Assembly (NCBI RefSeq): GCF_009834535.1
Contig: NC_045696.1
Location: forward strand, 5,830,001 to 5,894,000
Length of the DNA stretch: 64,000 nucleotides
DNA from: Camelus ferus
Taxonomy: Eukaryota
Reading direction: 5' to 3'
Shown here in pieces: positions 61,070 through 64,000 of the stretch. A program made the position numbers and the translations under genes. Position 1 is the stretch's first letter. Each line of letters begins with the position of its first letter. The notes below the pieces were generated by a model. It ran no database searches and was not told the origin of the DNA. It saw only the letters and a program-made list of their open reading frames with translations.

Positions 61070-61388
61070 TGTTGATTTAACATCAATAATCGGTTGACTT
61101 TGAGGAGATGATATTATCCTCGAAATTGTGGGTGGGCCTCGTGCAGTCAGTTCCTAAGCCATAGAGCACATGTCTTCCGTGAGGAGGGAGAAATTCCACC
61201 TGTGGACCGAGGCTCCAGTTCCTGCCCCAGAGTCTCCAGCCTGCCCTGCAGACGTCAGACTTGCCCAGCCAGCCCCCACAATGACATATGCCAGTTCCTT
61301 GCAATCAATTAATCTGTCTGTCTACACACACACAGACACACACACACACACTGCTGGTCTGTTTCTTTAGTAGAACCCTGATTGACAC
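61070..61388 (+). mobile_element. ERVL LTR fragment (MLT2-like)
   Basis: tgtgggtgggcctcgtgcagtcagtt...cagacttgcccagccagcccccacaat...ctggtctgtttctttagtagaaccctga. Confidence 0.8.
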
Positions 61389-62712
61389 GGATGGTAAGAG
61401 CAAAACTGAGGTGTAATTTTGATGCCAAGTTTAATGAACAAAGTGAAAGTTTAATGGTGTGTTTTCCACTGTGAATGCAGAAAAACAAATCTGTCTTGAG
61501 TGGAAAAGGTCGATATATTTTTGGTTCTTTCACTTTCGTCCCAGGGGTCATTAAGAGACACCAAGGCCTCTGTTAACCCAGAAATGTGATGATGGCTCCC
61601 CCACCCCTAGCCCGCTTTGGCCAGAACAAGCCTTGGAGGAGATGTTCAGTCATGATTCCCGGGTATGAATCAAGACACTTGAAGGCATCATGGGCACTTG
61701 CCTAAAGCCAGCTCTGCAGGTGAGATTACCCCGCGTCATGCACACCCCAGCAGGGCTTTGTGGGAAAATCCAGTGGTGTATTTAGGCATTATTCACTCTT
61801 GCTAATGAATAAGTCATCTTGTGTAGACAACAGAGCTGGTCTGGGAAAGTGACTCCAAGGGGCTCAGAAGAAAGTTATGAGCCATGTCGAGTCTGAGCCT
61901 TAAAGTAAATCACCCAGTTGGCGTCCAGGCTAAATACCAGGCTGGGGTACGGCGCAGGCTACTGGGCCGGGTCTGTTCACAGAGAGTGGCTGTGTCGAGC
62001 TGCCCCAGTGCCAGCTCGTGGCTACACAGCCCAACAAGTGTTTCTCTCAGTTCTTACAGACAGAACCCTCTGTGCAATCTGGCCGATGGCTTGTGGACCA
62101 GAAGGGGACTTCTGGGAACTGAGGTGGCAGTGGGCAGGGAGGGGGACCAGTCTAGCTGTAGAGCCCAGAGAGCCCAAAGGGCACAGCTGCCGTGGCCCAG
62201 GGGGCCTGGACAGAGAAGAAAGGCCTTGTAGTGCCCACCATTTTGGAAAGTTTCTACACCTTAAATTGGAGGAAACATTAGAGACCTGGGGCGGGAGCTT
62301 GCTTACGGGAAGAAGGAACATTGGTGAGTTTCAGTTGCTGTTTCAAAATTTAGAGCACCGAATTTAAAGCAGAACAGGAGGTTAGGCCAGATAATTGAAC
62401 CCCAGCCAAGAAGCTGGAGCCAGGGAGGGCCGTGTCAACTCTGGGAGGTCAACAATGGTGCCACTGTCAGCACGAGCTACCAGAGGCAGGCCTGGTGGTC
62501 CCTCCTTGGCAGCCCCACCTAGTGTTTAAGGCCAAGGGTTGGAGGAGGATGTGATTTCATGCTGAGAGGAAAGAAGGGGATGAAGAGGATAAGATCTCTC
62601 CAGAAAAGATCAACCCGAAAGTGCCAAGGATTATGGAGCCCCAGACTGTGTTCCAGTGGCTAAACCTCTGACTCAGACTCCCAGATTCAGCAAATAAAAA
62701 TGCAGGATGCCC

Positions 62713-63940
62713 GGAAAAATGGTGCTAGGACAGCTGAATATCCACACACTGAAGTATGAAGTTGGAGTCCTTCTTTATGTCATATACGAAACTTGATCAT
62801 AGACCTAAATGTAAGCGCTAAATCCATAAAACTCTTGCAAGAAAACAAAGGGTAAATCTTTGTGACCTCGGGTCAGGCAATGCCTTCTTAGATACGATAC
62901 CAAAAGTGTAAGCAACAAAAGACAAAATAGGTAATTAGACTTCATCAAAATGTTAAAGGTTTGTATTTCAAAGGATACAGTCAAGACAGTGGACAACTCA
63001 CAGAATGGGAGAAAGTATTTTCTGGTATTCAGAATACATAGGGGACTCTTAAACTCAGTACTAAAAAGATAAACAACCCAAATGAAAAATAGGCAAAGAA
63101 TCTGAATGGATATATCTTCAAAGAAGATACACAAATGTCCAGGAAGCATATGAAAAGATGCTTGTTAACTGTTAGGGAAATGCAAATCCAAACCACAGTG
63201 AGACAGCACTTCATATCCACCAAGATGGCTCTAATTAAAAACCCCAGAAACTAATGAGTAGTAGAGATGTGGGACAATTGGAACCCTGTGTATTGCTGGT
63301 GGGAACATAAAAGAAAAGCTTAGCTGCAATGGAAAATGGTTTGGCAATTTCTCAAACTGTTACACATATAGTTACCATGTGACCCAGTAATTCCACTCCT
63401 AGGTACAAACCCAAGAGAAATAAAAATTTATATGCACACAAAAACGGATACACAAATGTTCCCTGCAGCTCTATTCACAATTGCTCAAAAGTAGAAACAG
63501 CTCAATGTCTTTCAGCTTATACTTGGATAAGTAAAATGTATTATATTCCTACAATGGAATATTACTTGGCAGTAAAAAAGAACGAGGTATTGACACGTAT
63601 TACAACATGGATGAAACTTGAAGAAAATTATGCTAAGTGGAGTATGCCAGTTCTAAAAGACCTCATTGTAAGATTCCATTTATACAAAATGTCCAGAATA
63701 GGCAAATTTGTAGAGATAGAAAGTAGACTAGTGGGTGTCAGGGGCTGGGGAAAGGGGCTGGGTGTGGGGGATGGAGAGTGACCACTAATGGGTTTGGGGT
63801 TTCTCTTTGGGGTGATAAAAATGTCCTAAAATTGATTGTGGTGATGGTTGCACAACTCTGTGAATATTCAAAAAAATCATTGAATTATACTCTAAACGGG
63901 TGAATTGTATGGTATATAAATTATACCTCATTAAAACTGT
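62713..63940 (+). mobile_element. Old L1 (L1MB-like) inserted into a MER53 (pieces at ~62680-62712 and 63941-64000)
   Basis: ORF 63536-63781 (YYIPTMEYYLAVKKNE) is an ORF2 end. Imperfect 18-bp TSD taaaaatRcagRatgccc at 62695-62712 and 63941-63958. Confidence 0.85.
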
Positions 63941-64000
63941 TAAAAATACAGAATGCCCAGTTAGATTTGAATTTCAGATAAATCATGATTAATTTTTAGT

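Noticed and set aside
1..64000. CRISPR array, operon or other novel multi-gene system
   Set aside because: Mammalian intergenic DNA with no regularly spaced repeats or clustered credible ORFs; recurrent similar segments are dispersed L1 3' ends.

Overview
Mammalian nuclear DNA, most likely from a camelid (camel/llama/alpaca), judged from Vic-1-type tRNA-derived SINEs and camelid-like L1 3' ends; the species cannot be fixed by eye. The only protein-coding sequence I can support is the 75-bp terminal exon of PSMG1 (proteasome assembly chaperone 1/DSCR2; + strand, 2259-2333, NIPQSTEILKKLMTTNEIQSNIYT*), with a poly(A) signal at 2444-2449. The supplied ORF track misses this exon. The other ~61 kb is intergenic and, by synteny inference, is the PSMG1-proximal part of the PSMG1-ETS2 gene desert (human 21q22). 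It contains many L1 fragments (several with readable target-site duplications and nesting), MaLR/ERVL/ERV1 solo LTRs, hAT MITEs, MIR/L2 remnants and one 100-N gap. The main unusual element is an ~865-bp NUMT (3' part of 12S, tRNA-Val, 5' end of 16S; 39708-40572, - strand) carrying an intact MOTS-c-homologous short ORF and perfect universal 12S primer sites. Repeat-free islands hold AP-1, PU.1/IRF and NF-kB motif clusters that are candidate enhancers. I found no support for a novel multi-gene system; the long ORFs are L1 ORF2 remnants or chance GC-rich frames. Repeat family names are recognised from memory and need RepeatMasker/Dfam confirmation.
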